From contig OZ242365.1 of the NCBI GenBank assembly GCA_965208905.1, positions 800,001 through 864,000 of the forward strand: 64,000 nucleotides of DNA. Reading direction: 5' to 3'. This DNA is from Nitrosopumilaceae archaeon. GTDB lineage: Archaea; Thermoproteota; Nitrososphaeria; Nitrososphaerales; Nitrosopumilaceae. The notes beneath the pieces are model-generated. The model had not been told where the DNA came from. It made no database searches and saw nothing but the letters and a program-made list of their open reading frames with translations. The translations under genes and the position numbers were made by a program. Of the stretch, positions 51,372-61,207 are shown piece by piece; within the stretch, counting starts at the first letter, position 1, and the number at the start of each line of letters is the position of its first letter.

Positions 51372-52193
51372 GTGGGCCTATTTGGTAGAGACGAGAATCC
51401 TGAATATTTAATGCGTCAAGCCATGCTATTTATGCAAAAAAATCAACACAAAAAAGCTGTTGGAGAATTTAAAAAAATATTAAAACAGGAACCAAGAAAT
51501 GAAAAAGTTCTATATCAAATTGGGATTGCTCTGAATGGTTTAAAAAAACACAACGACACAATAACATATGCAGATAGAATTCTTGAAATAAATCCTAAAA
51601 ATACTGGCGCCTACAACAATAAAGGAAAAGCCTTTGCAGAGATGGGCAATCTTGAATCGGCCATTAAATGTTATGATGAAGCTATTATTGCAAATTCTAA
51701 GGATTATGAGGCGTATTTTAACAAGGGTGTACTTTTAGCAAAGATTCAAGACTATGACACCGCCTTAGAACTGATTAAAAAAAGCATATCTTTGAATAAA
51801 AAAAACCCTGCTCTGCATCTGCACTCGGGAATAATTTTAGGAAAGATGAAGAAAAATAAAGAGGCATTAAAAGTTCTTGAAAACATTGAACGTAAATTTG
51901 GAGCCCATCCGGATGTTACCTTCCAGCAGGGAATACAGCTGGCAGAGATGGGCGAACACAAAAAAGCAATAAAAATATTTGAAAATATGGGAGAGTCTCA
52001 TGCAGATAATGTAAATATAATATATGCAATATCGCGTAGTCGGGCTGCCATAGGCGAGTACGATGATGCATTACGTCTGTTAAAGAAGGCCGTATCCAAG
52101 AGTCCCAAAGTAATACGGGCATGGGCCAAAGATGAAGACATCTTTAATCCACTACATGCGAATAAAGCCTTTAGACGTCTGGTAAAGATGTAG
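51372..52193 (+). CDS. Tetratricopeptide repeat protein
   Basis: Repeated AYNNKG / AYFNKG TPR units. Confidence 0.85.
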   Translation: MGLFGRDENPEYLMRQAMLFMQKNQHKKAVGEFKKILKQEPRNEKVLYQIGIALNGLKKHNDTITYADRILEINPKNTGAYNNKGKAFAEMGNLESAIKCYDEAIIANSKDYEAYFNKGVLLAKIQDYDTALELIKKSISLNKKNPALHLHSGIILGKMKKNKEALKVLENIERKFGAHPDVTFQQGIQLAEMGEHKKAIKIFENMGESHADNVNIIYAISRSRAAIGEYDDALRLLKKAVSKSPKVIRAWAKDEDIFNPLHANKAFRRLVKM

Positions 52194-52464
52194 ACTGTCT
52201 CTTTAGTGTGTCCGATAATAGTGCCGATATAAAACCATCAAATTCATCATCAGAAAAATCCACATAATCAATGAACTCCTCCTTTGATGCACACTTCAAG
52301 TGATAGCATTGTACATTGGGGTTGTAATAGTATGCAGGACAAGAACAGTAATTAAAAGATGGGGCCATCCAATGCTCGGCCTCCTTGCCAATCATGGTCC
52401 ATATGCATCTGCCACTGGGCATAAATCGATGCACCTTGACCCTTCCGTTAGATGTACTCTTCAT
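52171..52464 (-). CDS. SWIM zinc-finger protein
   Basis: YCSCP.......CYH; overlaps carB stop (ATGA). Confidence 0.75.
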   Translation of the reverse strand: MKSTSNGRVKVHRFMPSGRCIWTMIGKEAEHWMAPSFNYCSCPAYYYNPNVQCYHLKCASKEEFIDYVDFSDDEFDGFISALLSDTLKRQSTSLPDV

Positions 52465-55400
52465 GTTTTATTATCTGTAGGTGGTATAAGATATGGTTGT
52501 ATGGGATAGCGGGTTGTCTTGTTTGTCTTCATCCATTCGAGTGTATTTACAAAGGCGTCTGCCAGCTCTATGGTGGTCAGGACAGGTATCCCCAGCTCCA
52601 ATGCCTTGCGCCGTATCTGATACTCGTCCTCAAGCATACCGATGTACTTTTCTAGTGTGGATGTACTGGGAATATTGATTATAAAGTCTATCTTCCGGTT
52701 GTATAACATGTCGGCGATATTTGGCTTTCTATTTGGCTCAGATATTTTATGGACTACTTTGATGGCGCCTAGTCTCTCCTCAAAGAACTCTGCAGTATGT
52801 TCGGTGGCCAATATATTAAAGCCCAATTCATGTAGTTTGGCCACACTAGGTAGTAGTTTCTCTTTGTTTCGTATGCCGCCTACAGTTACCAGCGCCGTGC
52901 CATGAGACGGCAAGTTGTAGCCTACCGCCGTCAGCCCCTTGGATAATGCATCATAAAAACTCTGTCCAAAACATGCCGCCTCACCAGTAGAGTGCATCTC
53001 CACACCCAATGTCAAATCGGCACCCTCCAACTGCATAAAAGAGAACTGCGGCACCTTTATGCCAAAGTTGGGTATACCTCTCCAATGATCAATGGGTACT
53101 TTGGGTAGTTTCATACCTAGTATGGACATGGAGGCCAGTGATATCATGTTTATGCCCACCAGTTTTGATACAAACGGCATGGACCGTGATGCGCGTATAT
53201 TCAGCTCTATAACATACACCTCATTATCATGTATTAAGAACTGTAGATTGAACGGCCCCCTTATACGAAATGTACGGGCTATCTTGATGGTGTACTCAGT
53301 TATGGTCTCTATGGTCTTGTTGTTCAATCGCCATGGTGGTATGGACATCATGGCATCGCCAGAGTGAACCCCGGCGCTGTCTATATGTTCTACTATGGCA
53401 CCAATTATAACATCGGTACCATCAGATACGCCATCCACATCCACCTCCAGTGAGTCTAACATGAACTTTGATATCACCACCGGATGGTTTGGCGAGAGGT
53501 TTGTGGCTTTGCGTGTGTAGGTGCGCAGCTCATCATCGGACCAGACCACCTTCATGGCGGCGCCTGAGAGTACATAAGATGGTCTTACCAGTACAGGGAA
53601 TCCCACCTCCCGGGCAAAGGAGCGAGCTTCGGGTAACTGGGAGAATGCTCGCCATTGAGGCTGACGAATGTGTAATTTATCTAAAGCTGCGCTGAACTTT
53701 GAGCGGTCTTCTGCGCGGTCCACATCTGACGCAAGCGTCCCTAGTATGGGAACCCCGCCCAGAGCCAAGGCCGGTGTAAGATTGTTGGCGGTCTGACCTC
53801 CTACACATGTAACTACCCCCCGGGGCTGCTCAAACTCAATTATATCCATTATGCGCTCAAATGTAAGCTCCTCAAAGTATAACCTCTCGCATATATCATA
53901 GTCGGTGGAGACAGTCTCAGGATTGCAGTTTACCACCGAGACGGGCATCTTGCCGTGTTCCCGAATGCCCCAGACCATATTGACCGTTCCCCAGTCAAAC
54001 TCCACACTACTTCCTATTCTGTATGGCCCGGCCCCAATGACCATTATGCCTCTACCATCATCGTTGGGTGTGGCTATATCGTGAGTCTCTCCTCCATATG
54101 TCATGTATAGGTAGTTTGTGGCAGCAGGCCATTCGGCCGCCAACGAGTCTATCTGTTTGAGACTGGGCAGTATGCCCATCTCTTTGCGCATACTGCGTAC
54201 TTGCGCATCTGTCTTCTGCCACGCTCTGCCAATCTGTACATCCGAAAAACCAGCAGCTTTGGCCTCCCGCAATATACTGGTATCTTTTGATGATGCCATG
54301 GATGTCTGAACCTGCACAATATGTCGTATCTTTTCTATAAACCACGGGTCTATGGCTGAAAGTTTTGTTATTCTCCTTGTACTGAATCCTGCCATGATGG
54401 CTGTCACAACATGATACAGTATGCTATCATCAAGATGGACAAGTCTGTCTTCAAGCTCTTCCTCTGTATACTCTTTAGTTGCAAACCTGTTCAGCACCAG
54501 ACCATCCATGCCTATATCCAACATGCGTATGGCCTTTTGAAGGGACTCTTCAAATGTACGCCCAATTCCCATGACCTCCCCGACAGACTTCATGGTGGGG
54601 CCTAATCTACGCTCTACCATGTCAAATTTGGCAAAGTCCCATCTGGGATGTTTACATACTATATAATCCAATGACGGCTCAAAACATGCAGTAGTCTTTT
54701 TGGTTATTGTGTTTGTCAACTCGTGCAGTCCATATCCCAAGCCTATCTTGGCAGACATGTACGCCAACGGGTACCCGGTAGCTTTGCTGGCAAGGGCTGA
54801 TGAGCGAGAAAGTCTGGGATTTACCTCTATGGCCACATACTTTTCAGAGTCTGGACTCAGAGCAAACTGTATGTTACACTCGCCCACTATGCCTATGTGC
54901 TTGGTGGCCCGGAGTCCTGCAGATCTTAGTATGTGATACTCTCGGTTTGTCAATGTCTGTGAGGGTGCAACAACTATGTTGTCGCCTGTATGTACCTTCA
55001 TGGATAGCACATTCTCCATATTGCATACAATGACACCATTGTCTTCTGCATCCCGCATTATCTCATATTCGATCTGCTTCCATGCTCCAATGTACTCCTC
55101 TATCAGAACCTGCCCAACCATACTGGCCTTGAGGCCTCTCTCTACAATCTCGTGCAGGTCCAGTTCGTTATATGCAACACCGCCACCCTTGCCCCCTAGA
55201 GTATATGCTACTCGGACTATTACCGGAAAGCCTAACCTTTGGGCTGTCTTTTTGGCATCCTCAAAGTTGGTTACTGTATCACTTGGCAGTACCGGTACGT
55301 CGCAGTCCACCATGGCATCCTTGAAGAGTTGTCTATCTTCGGTCATCTGTATACCTTCTATCTTGGTACCCAACACTTCAACACCATACTTTTTTAGCGT

Positions 55401-55740
55401 GTCACTTTGAGCCAGACTTACGCCACAGTTTAGCGCAGTCTGTCCACCGTATGAGAGCATTATTGCATCAGGACGCTCTTCTTCAATAACAGATTTGACA
55501 TAGTCTGGCGTAACTGGTAAGAGGTACACCTTATCGGCAAAGCGTGTGTCGGTTTGGATGGTGGCAACGTTGGGGTTTATGAGTATGCTATGAAGCCCAT
55601 CTTCCCTTATGGCTTTGAGGCATTGGCTGCCGGAGTAGTCGAACTGGCGGTCGATTTTGGCGACTTTCGCCGGCTTCTCCGATCTTTATTGCCCCACTAC
55701 CAAGTACCAGTATATTCCTTAATGTCTCACGTCTAGGCAG
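52461..55740 (-). CDS. carB: Carbamoyl-phosphate synthase large subunit; two exons (55740-55666 and 55643-52461), 1085 aa if spliced
   Basis: Exon 1 (CTG) PRRETLRNILVLGSGAIKIGEAGE + exon 2 FDYSGSQCLKA...INPNVATIQTD; two ATP-grasp domains and an MGS domain with no other disruption. Confidence 0.92.
55644..55665 (-). other. Candidate 22-nt BHB-type mRNA intron in carB
   Basis: GGCG-AA^A-GTCG-CCAAAAT-CGAC-CGCC-AG^T: 4-bp central helix and 3-nt bulge; cutting after the 2nd bulge nucleotide on each strand restores GGC GAA TTC GAC TAC. Confidence 0.8.
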
Positions 55741-56851
55741 GCCGGGGGTCCTCCATCATACTCTGCAACTCCTTGAAGATAAATTCACAATCGTACGGCC
55801 CTGGCGATGCTTCAGGGTGAAACTGCACAGCAATGCATGGCCGAGTCTTGTGTCTTATACCTTCAACGGTACCATCATCGGTATTGGTAAACCATAAATC
55901 AAACTCCGAATCCGCCAAGGATTCGGGACTAATAGCATAGCCATGGTTCTGACTGGTTACGTGAACCTGGCCTGTGGATACATCAAGACATGACTTGTTC
56001 TGACCTCGGTGCCCATACTTTAGTTTGTAGGTCTTTGCATTGCCAGCTAGGCTTATGATTTGTGCCCCCAAACATATTCCCAACATCGGTATGTCCTCAT
56101 CTAGTATTTTACGTGCAGCATGTATGGTGTCTGGACAATGAATTGGGTCTCCGGGCCCATTACTGATAATTACGCCTGCAGGATCGTACGAGAGTATGTC
56201 TGATACTTTTGTATTATATGGAACCTTTACTGCACGATAGCCTAGATTTACAACGTGGCGCAGAATTGCATTCTTCGCACCCGTATCTACAACTACCACG
56301 TTGCGACCTGAACCAAACGTCAAATGTTTCTTGGTAGATACATCATCCACTAGATGTTCTGAGTTATACTGGGGAGCATCTGGCAGTTGCTCTTTTAGTA
56401 TGTCTGTATCTATGGGATGCTCTGAGACCTTTAGGGCGGCCATGCGCACGCCATCTTCGCGTAGGGATTTTGTGAGGTGTCTTGTATCTATTCCAGATAT
56501 GCCTGGTATGTTGTTTTTGTAGAGCCATTCATCTAAAGTCATAGATAGATTCCAATGACTGGCAACTTTGGTTAACTCGTGTATGACAAGACCACGTACC
56601 TGTATACTGTCAGATTCAAAGTTCAATGGTATTCCTGAATCATCAGTCACTGCGGGGTCGGGGACGCCATAATTTCCCACCAAAGGATATGTTATGGATA
56701 AGATTTGGCCTTTGTATGAGGGATCTGTCAGTGTCTCGATATACCCCACCATTCCTGTGTTGAATACGGCCTCACCGAACACCGTCTTTGGGTACCCAAA
56801 ACCCTCTCCCTCAAGAACAACCCCATCATCTAGAACTAATGCTGCAAACAT
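55733..56851 (-). CDS. carA: Carbamoyl-phosphate synthase small subunit
   Basis: GEAVFNTGMVGY, SNGPGDP, LGICLG, SQNHGY, QFHPEASPGP. Confidence 0.96.
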   Translation of the reverse strand: MFAALVLDDGVVLEGEGFGYPKTVFGEAVFNTGMVGYIETLTDPSYKGQILSITYPLVGNYGVPDPAVTDDSGIPLNFESDSIQVRGLVIHELTKVASHWNLSMTLDEWLYKNNIPGISGIDTRHLTKSLREDGVRMAALKVSEHPIDTDILKEQLPDAPQYNSEHLVDDVSTKKHLTFGSGRNVVVVDTGAKNAILRHVVNLGYRAVKVPYNTKVSDILSYDPAGVIISNGPGDPIHCPDTIHAARKILDEDIPMLGICLGAQIISLAGNAKTYKLKYGHRGQNKSCLDVSTGQVHVTSQNHGYAISPESLADSEFDLWFTNTDDGTVEGIRHKTRPCIAVQFHPEASPGPYDCEFIFKELQSMMEDPRPA

Positions 56852-57416
56852 TCCGGTATGTTTTGACTCTTTGGTTACTATTTTAAACCCTTCATGAAGG
56901 TATTTCAGTCATGATTTAAGTGTAACAGATTATATGATACAACAAAAATTATGCCAGCACTGACTATACACTGTCTAGCATCAGATATTCCAAAATCTCC
57001 CCAGTCTTGAGATGGACAACACTGCCAAGTTGTGCCATTACAGTTAAACTCTGTGTTTTTTGTTGTGCATTGCGATCATTTCACACTACTATACATTATA
57101 CGAACTCAGTATTATCTCTGATACAACTTTACATGGAAATTATATACATTGTTTACAGAACTCTGTATACCTGTTGGCGTGTTCGCCATTCAGTATATGA
57201 GGTTGCTGAGGGTGCCCGTGCCAGCAGCCCGGCCACCAGAGAAGTCGTACGGTTATCAAGATGCATTCTATCTTTCAAGGCCAGCCCGGCCTTGTCGTAC
57301 GACTTGTCGTAAGACTTGTTGTATAGTTTGGCGGCGCCCGTGTATTATATGGGCCCTTGCGCAGGTGCGTATAACTTTCATTTTTTGTTGTTTACCATGC
57401 CATTGCGTGATTAAAT

Positions 57417-57509
57417 TGGTGCTCCAGTCGGGAGTTTCATCTGTGATTTTGAACCCGAGATCTTCGCCTTGAAAGGGCGAAATGCTTGACCGGTCTACAC
57501 CACTGGAGC
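57417..57509 (-). tRNA. tRNA-Glu (anticodon TTC) with 14-nt non-canonical intron in the T-loop; encoded CCA
   Basis: Acceptor GCTCCAG/CTGGAGC, anticodon arm TCGCC-CTTTCAA-GGCGA, T-arm TCGGG/CCCGA enclosing 21 nt; intron 57434-57447. Confidence 0.93.
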
Positions 57510-57688
57510 TTAACATGTGTTTTGTAATGCGAAATTAAACCCTTTGCAGGGACCGCGCCCCCAAAGATATTACTGTAGTCGTTTTTAGTCTGAACCCTGT
57601 ATCTTGTGTGGTACAACGCGATGCGTAGAGCCTGATCAACCAAACAAATTATCTAATCTATATATCTAAAGTCTCTCATCATACATCA

Positions 57689-58261
57689 TTGGCAGATTTT
57701 AATAGTCTAGATGAGGTCGCAGATGCAGTCTCCACATGTACAAAATGCGACTTGTGTCAGAGTCGTACCAACGCAGTACCTGGCATAGGTAACAAAGAAT
57801 CAAAAGTTCTATTTGTGGGAGAGGCTCCTGGCCGAAGCGAGGATCTTAGGGGGCGGCCGTTTGTAGGCAGGGCAGGCCAGATACTTACAGAGGCATTAGA
57901 GAAGGCAGGTGTATCTAGACGTGATGTGTACATCACCAACACTGTAAAATGCAGGCCCCCAAAGAACCGCAACCCTAACAAAACAGAACGAGAGTCTTGT
58001 AAAGACTATCTGGATGCCGAGTTGCGCATACTAAAACCTCATGTAATATGCATACTGGGAAATGTTGCATTAAAGTCACTATTGGGCGATGATAAAATCA
58101 CATCAAAGCGCGGCAATATTATTCAAAAAGATGACATGTTGTACTTTCCCACAATACATCCTGCTGCAGTACTGTATAACCCACAATTGGCCCATACACT
58201 TGAGCAGGATATTAAAAAACTATTTGATATAATACAATTGAATGACGGTGCAGTAAATTGA
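57689..58261 (+). CDS. Uracil-DNA glycosylase family 4
   Basis: CxxC, GEAPG..ED..G.PFVG, KCRPP.NR.P, HPAA. Confidence 0.93.
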   Translation: MADFNSLDEVADAVSTCTKCDLCQSRTNAVPGIGNKESKVLFVGEAPGRSEDLRGRPFVGRAGQILTEALEKAGVSRRDVYITNTVKCRPPKNRNPNKTERESCKDYLDAELRILKPHVICILGNVALKSLLGDDKITSKRGNIIQKDDMLYFPTIHPAAVLYNPQLAHTLEQDIKKLFDIIQLNDGAVN

Positions 58262-58809
58262 TTCTGCCTCGAAAGTTCTATTGCAATAAAACCAATCTAG
58301 TTGCAACATCACTCTTGGGAAAACGACTAGTTAGAACCATAAACAATGTGAAACTCTCGGGAATAATACAGGAGACCGAAGCGTATGGCCACCACGATGA
58401 TCCCGACAGTCATGCATATAATGGTCGCACCAATAGAAATTCTCCCATGTTTGGAGAGGTAGGTAGAGTCTATGTCTACTTCATATATGGTATGCATTAC
58501 TGCTTTAATGTAGTGTGTAGGGCTCCAGATGTAATGGCAGGTGCCGTGCTTATACGATCCATAAAACCCGAAGATGGAGTATCTCACATGATGGCAAATC
58601 GTAAAAGAGAGACACTCACAAATCTGACTGATGGGCCAGCCAAACTGACACAATCTCTACGTATAACCACAGAACAGAACAATGAAGATTTGACCACATA
58701 TGGTACAATACACATTGAGGATGCCAATATGGCCCCACAAAACATAGTACGTAAATCACGTGTGGGCGTGAAATCCACCATAGATTGGAATTTTAGCTGT
58801 TCGTTTTAG
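58258..58809 (+). CDS. 3-methyladenine DNA glycosylase (MPG/AAG family)
   Basis: ETEAY, YVYFIYGMHYCFN, AVLIR, GPAKL. Confidence 0.92.
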   Translation: MILPRKFYCNKTNLVATSLLGKRLVRTINNVKLSGIIQETEAYGHHDDPDSHAYNGRTNRNSPMFGEVGRVYVYFIYGMHYCFNVVCRAPDVMAGAVLIRSIKPEDGVSHMMANRKRETLTNLTDGPAKLTQSLRITTEQNNEDLTTYGTIHIEDANMAPQNIVRKSRVGVKSTIDWNFSCSF

Positions 58810-59443
58810 TGTCATCATTATCATCCGAGTCCAGTGTCCATGGCGCAACCCTACCTAAAACCCGTGCCCAATCCATTCGTAGCAGCAATACGACTGCCAG
58901 CGTAGTTCCAACACCAAATATTATGATACCAATGTAGATGTCGGTGACTTTTATGACGTCCCCCAGATATGTCTCCACTATGGATAGTCCTAGGTAGTGT
59001 GAGAGTACGACTATGACATAATGTAAAACCAATTTGCCACAAAGTGTGGATATAAAGAACCGTCTGGGATTATACTTTGCCAAACCCAACGGCACATAGA
59101 CCATATCATCAGGTATGGGAGTGGCTGCGGCAACAAAGACAGCTGCTGCACCATACCGCTTGACCAATCGTTGGAATGGAACTATCCGCTTGCGGGTTTT
59201 TTTGTTCATCATGCGGCGGCCACTATAACTGACATAGAATATTATCTGTTTGGCTGCAGTTGCGGCCAGCGCCGATGTTATGGCTAAAATATGCAGATTG
59301 AACGTCTCCCCCACTGACATCGTAACTAGTAGTATGAAAGAAGGTACGGGGATGAATGGCGCCAGTGACCCAAAAAAACTCAACAGTACCAAACCCAGAT
59401 AACCTAATTCTGAATCAAATGGAAGCAATGCTGCAATATCCAC
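58793..59443 (-). CDS. VTT/DedA-like membrane protein
   Basis: Hydrophobic; AATPIPDD...PLG; GK motif. Confidence 0.75.
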   Translation of the reverse strand: MDIAALLPFDSELGYLGLVLLSFFGSLAPFIPVPSFILLVTMSVGETFNLHILAITSALAATAAKQIIFYVSYSGRRMMNKKTRKRIVPFQRLVKRYGAAAVFVAAATPIPDDMVYVPLGLAKYNPRRFFISTLCGKLVLHYVIVVLSHYLGLSIVETYLGDVIKVTDIYIGIIIFGVGTTLAVVLLLRMDWARVLGRVAPWTLDSDDNDDTKTNS

Positions 59444-59622
59444 ATCGAATTTATTGTGGCGTGATATTTAACACACACTAAGTCGAAATCCCCCCACACA
59501 GTCGGGCGTGTCACACCAGTCATAAATCCAGCGGAGTCTCCCCCGGTAGCCCTACACCAGTGGAATACGCCACACACAATCTAAATGGATAAATATAAAA
59601 CAGATAAAATTAAAGGATACTC

Positions 59623-60009
59623 ATGCTAAGTTCCGAGGACTGCGGAAAGATCTGTAGCACCATACGGACATTTAGCCCTGCAGTTCGATTCGTCGGGGTG
59701 CTAGGGGAGCGTGGTGAGCTGTTGGCATATAGTAGACGTAAAGACCTTGAACCTTTACTGGACTCTAAAAGTACACATTATCAGTTCTCCCATATTGCCA
59801 TTAGGACTGGCCTTGATGCTTTCTTTGATAAGAGTCTGGGCAAAGTGCAATTTGTATGGGAGGAGCGAGATGGGGTGCAGATAATCTACTTTACCATAGG
59901 TAGCCTACATATCTGGATGTCGATAGACAAGATGGTGGTTAGATCCGAAGTACTCCGAATAATAGATTCATGTCTACCACTAGTAAAAGAATACTCACTG
60001 AAACTCTAA
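59623..60009 (+). CDS. Thaumarchaeal roadblock/longin-like small protein
   Basis: VRFVGVLGERGELL...LEPLL...LG.VQF. Confidence 0.65.
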   Translation: MLSSEDCGKICSTIRTFSPAVRFVGVLGERGELLAYSRRKDLEPLLDSKSTHYQFSHIAIRTGLDAFFDKSLGKVQFVWEERDGVQIIYFTIGSLHIWMSIDKMVVRSEVLRIIDSCLPLVKEYSLKL

Positions 60010-60010
60010 A

Positions 60011-60943
60011 CTACTCATACAACCAACATTTTACCATGCCGTTTGCTGTGACCAAGTCTGGTGGATCTCTTTGACACTTATCCATCGCCTCAGAACACCT
60101 ATCAACGAATCTACATGTAGTGGGGGGAGTTAGGAGATTTGGTGGCGTTCCAGATATGTATGATGGCTGCGAGCCGTGCAGACGAGGTACGGACTCTAAC
60201 AGCTTTTTGGTGTACGGATGTTGTGGGTTGTTGTATATATTCTCAGAAGTACCAAACTCTACCAACTGACCACCATACATTATGCCTACCTTGTCGGCTA
60301 TCTCAGATAGTAAAGCCAGATCATGAGTTATGAATAGAAACGACATACCTGTGGACTTTAAGTCCTTTAACATGTTTATGATTCGAGCTTGTATGAGAAC
60401 GTCCAGCGCCGTGGTGGGCTCATCTGCAATGACAAGGCGAGGATTTAGCAGTAACGCCATGGCAACTATTACTCTCTGCTTCATTCCTCCACTCAGTTCG
60501 TGTGGATATCTACCAAGTACTGACTCTTCCAGATTTACTGCTGCAATGGCACCAGAGATGGCATCGTTAGTATTGCCGTCAAACTTGTGATGTTGTAGTA
60601 TCTCGGTGAACTGTTCTTGTATAGTGTATACGGGGTCTAGTGAGCTCATGGCCCCTTGAAACATCATGGATATCTGTTTCCATCTATATTTTTGATCAAA
60701 CTCCGTATCGGATATGTCATTTATATTATGTCCATCAAAGATGACTGAGCCGCCTGTTATACTCCCTCCAGATAGACTGCGTATTATGCCCAAACCCAGT
60801 GTACTCTTGCCACATGCACTCTCGCCCACTATGCCTACGGTCTCACCAGACTCCATCTCAAAGCTGGCATGCTCCACAGCATAGACTGGACCTGCCATCG
60901 AATTATATTGTATAGACAAATCTTGAACGGATAGTAACGCCAT
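60011..60943 (-). CDS. Oligopeptide/nickel ABC transporter ATP-binding protein (OppD/DppD-like)
   Basis: GESACGKST, YPHELSGGMKQR, IADEPTTALD, PQHPYT, Cys-rich tail. Confidence 0.9.
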   Translation of the reverse strand: MALLSVQDLSIQYNSMAGPVYAVEHASFEMESGETVGIVGESACGKSTLGLGIIRSLSGGSITGGSVIFDGHNINDISDTEFDQKYRWKQISMMFQGAMSSLDPVYTIQEQFTEILQHHKFDGNTNDAISGAIAAVNLEESVLGRYPHELSGGMKQRVIVAMALLLNPRLVIADEPTTALDVLIQARIINMLKDLKSTGMSFLFITHDLALLSEIADKVGIMYGGQLVEFGTSENIYNNPQHPYTKKLLESVPRLHGSQPSYISGTPPNLLTPPTTCRFVDRCSEAMDKCQRDPPDLVTANGMVKCWLYE

Positions 60944-61207
60944 GTTACACACTACACATTATGTTAATTTTTATATTTATTTATTCCATAGCACCCGCGG
61001 CTTGACTCAATAACTTGGATTGCAGGCACGGCTAAACAAGGATCAATTTATGTAATATGTGTATGGTGTCGCGCTTTTTTGCCTCAACTTTGTCAGTTGG
61101 TGGATTTGCCATGACTTACTTTTTGACAAGCTAACTGTGGTGGAGATTTTTAACGGGGTGTTGACATGCGTTTAGGTGCTATATGTCTGTCCCACAAGGA
61201 TCCAGGA

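Noticed and set aside
55530-55740. carB as a simple frameshifted pseudogene, or programmed ribosomal frameshift
   Set aside because: The lesion is a discrete 22-nt insert with BHB geometry in an invariant motif; frameshifting would leave about 7 extra residues there, and the other ~3.2 kb is intact.
57007-57643. ORFs 57007..57312, 57149..57472, 57268..57516 and 57437..57643
   Set aside because: Most overlap the tRNA-Glu gene and none has recognisable motifs.
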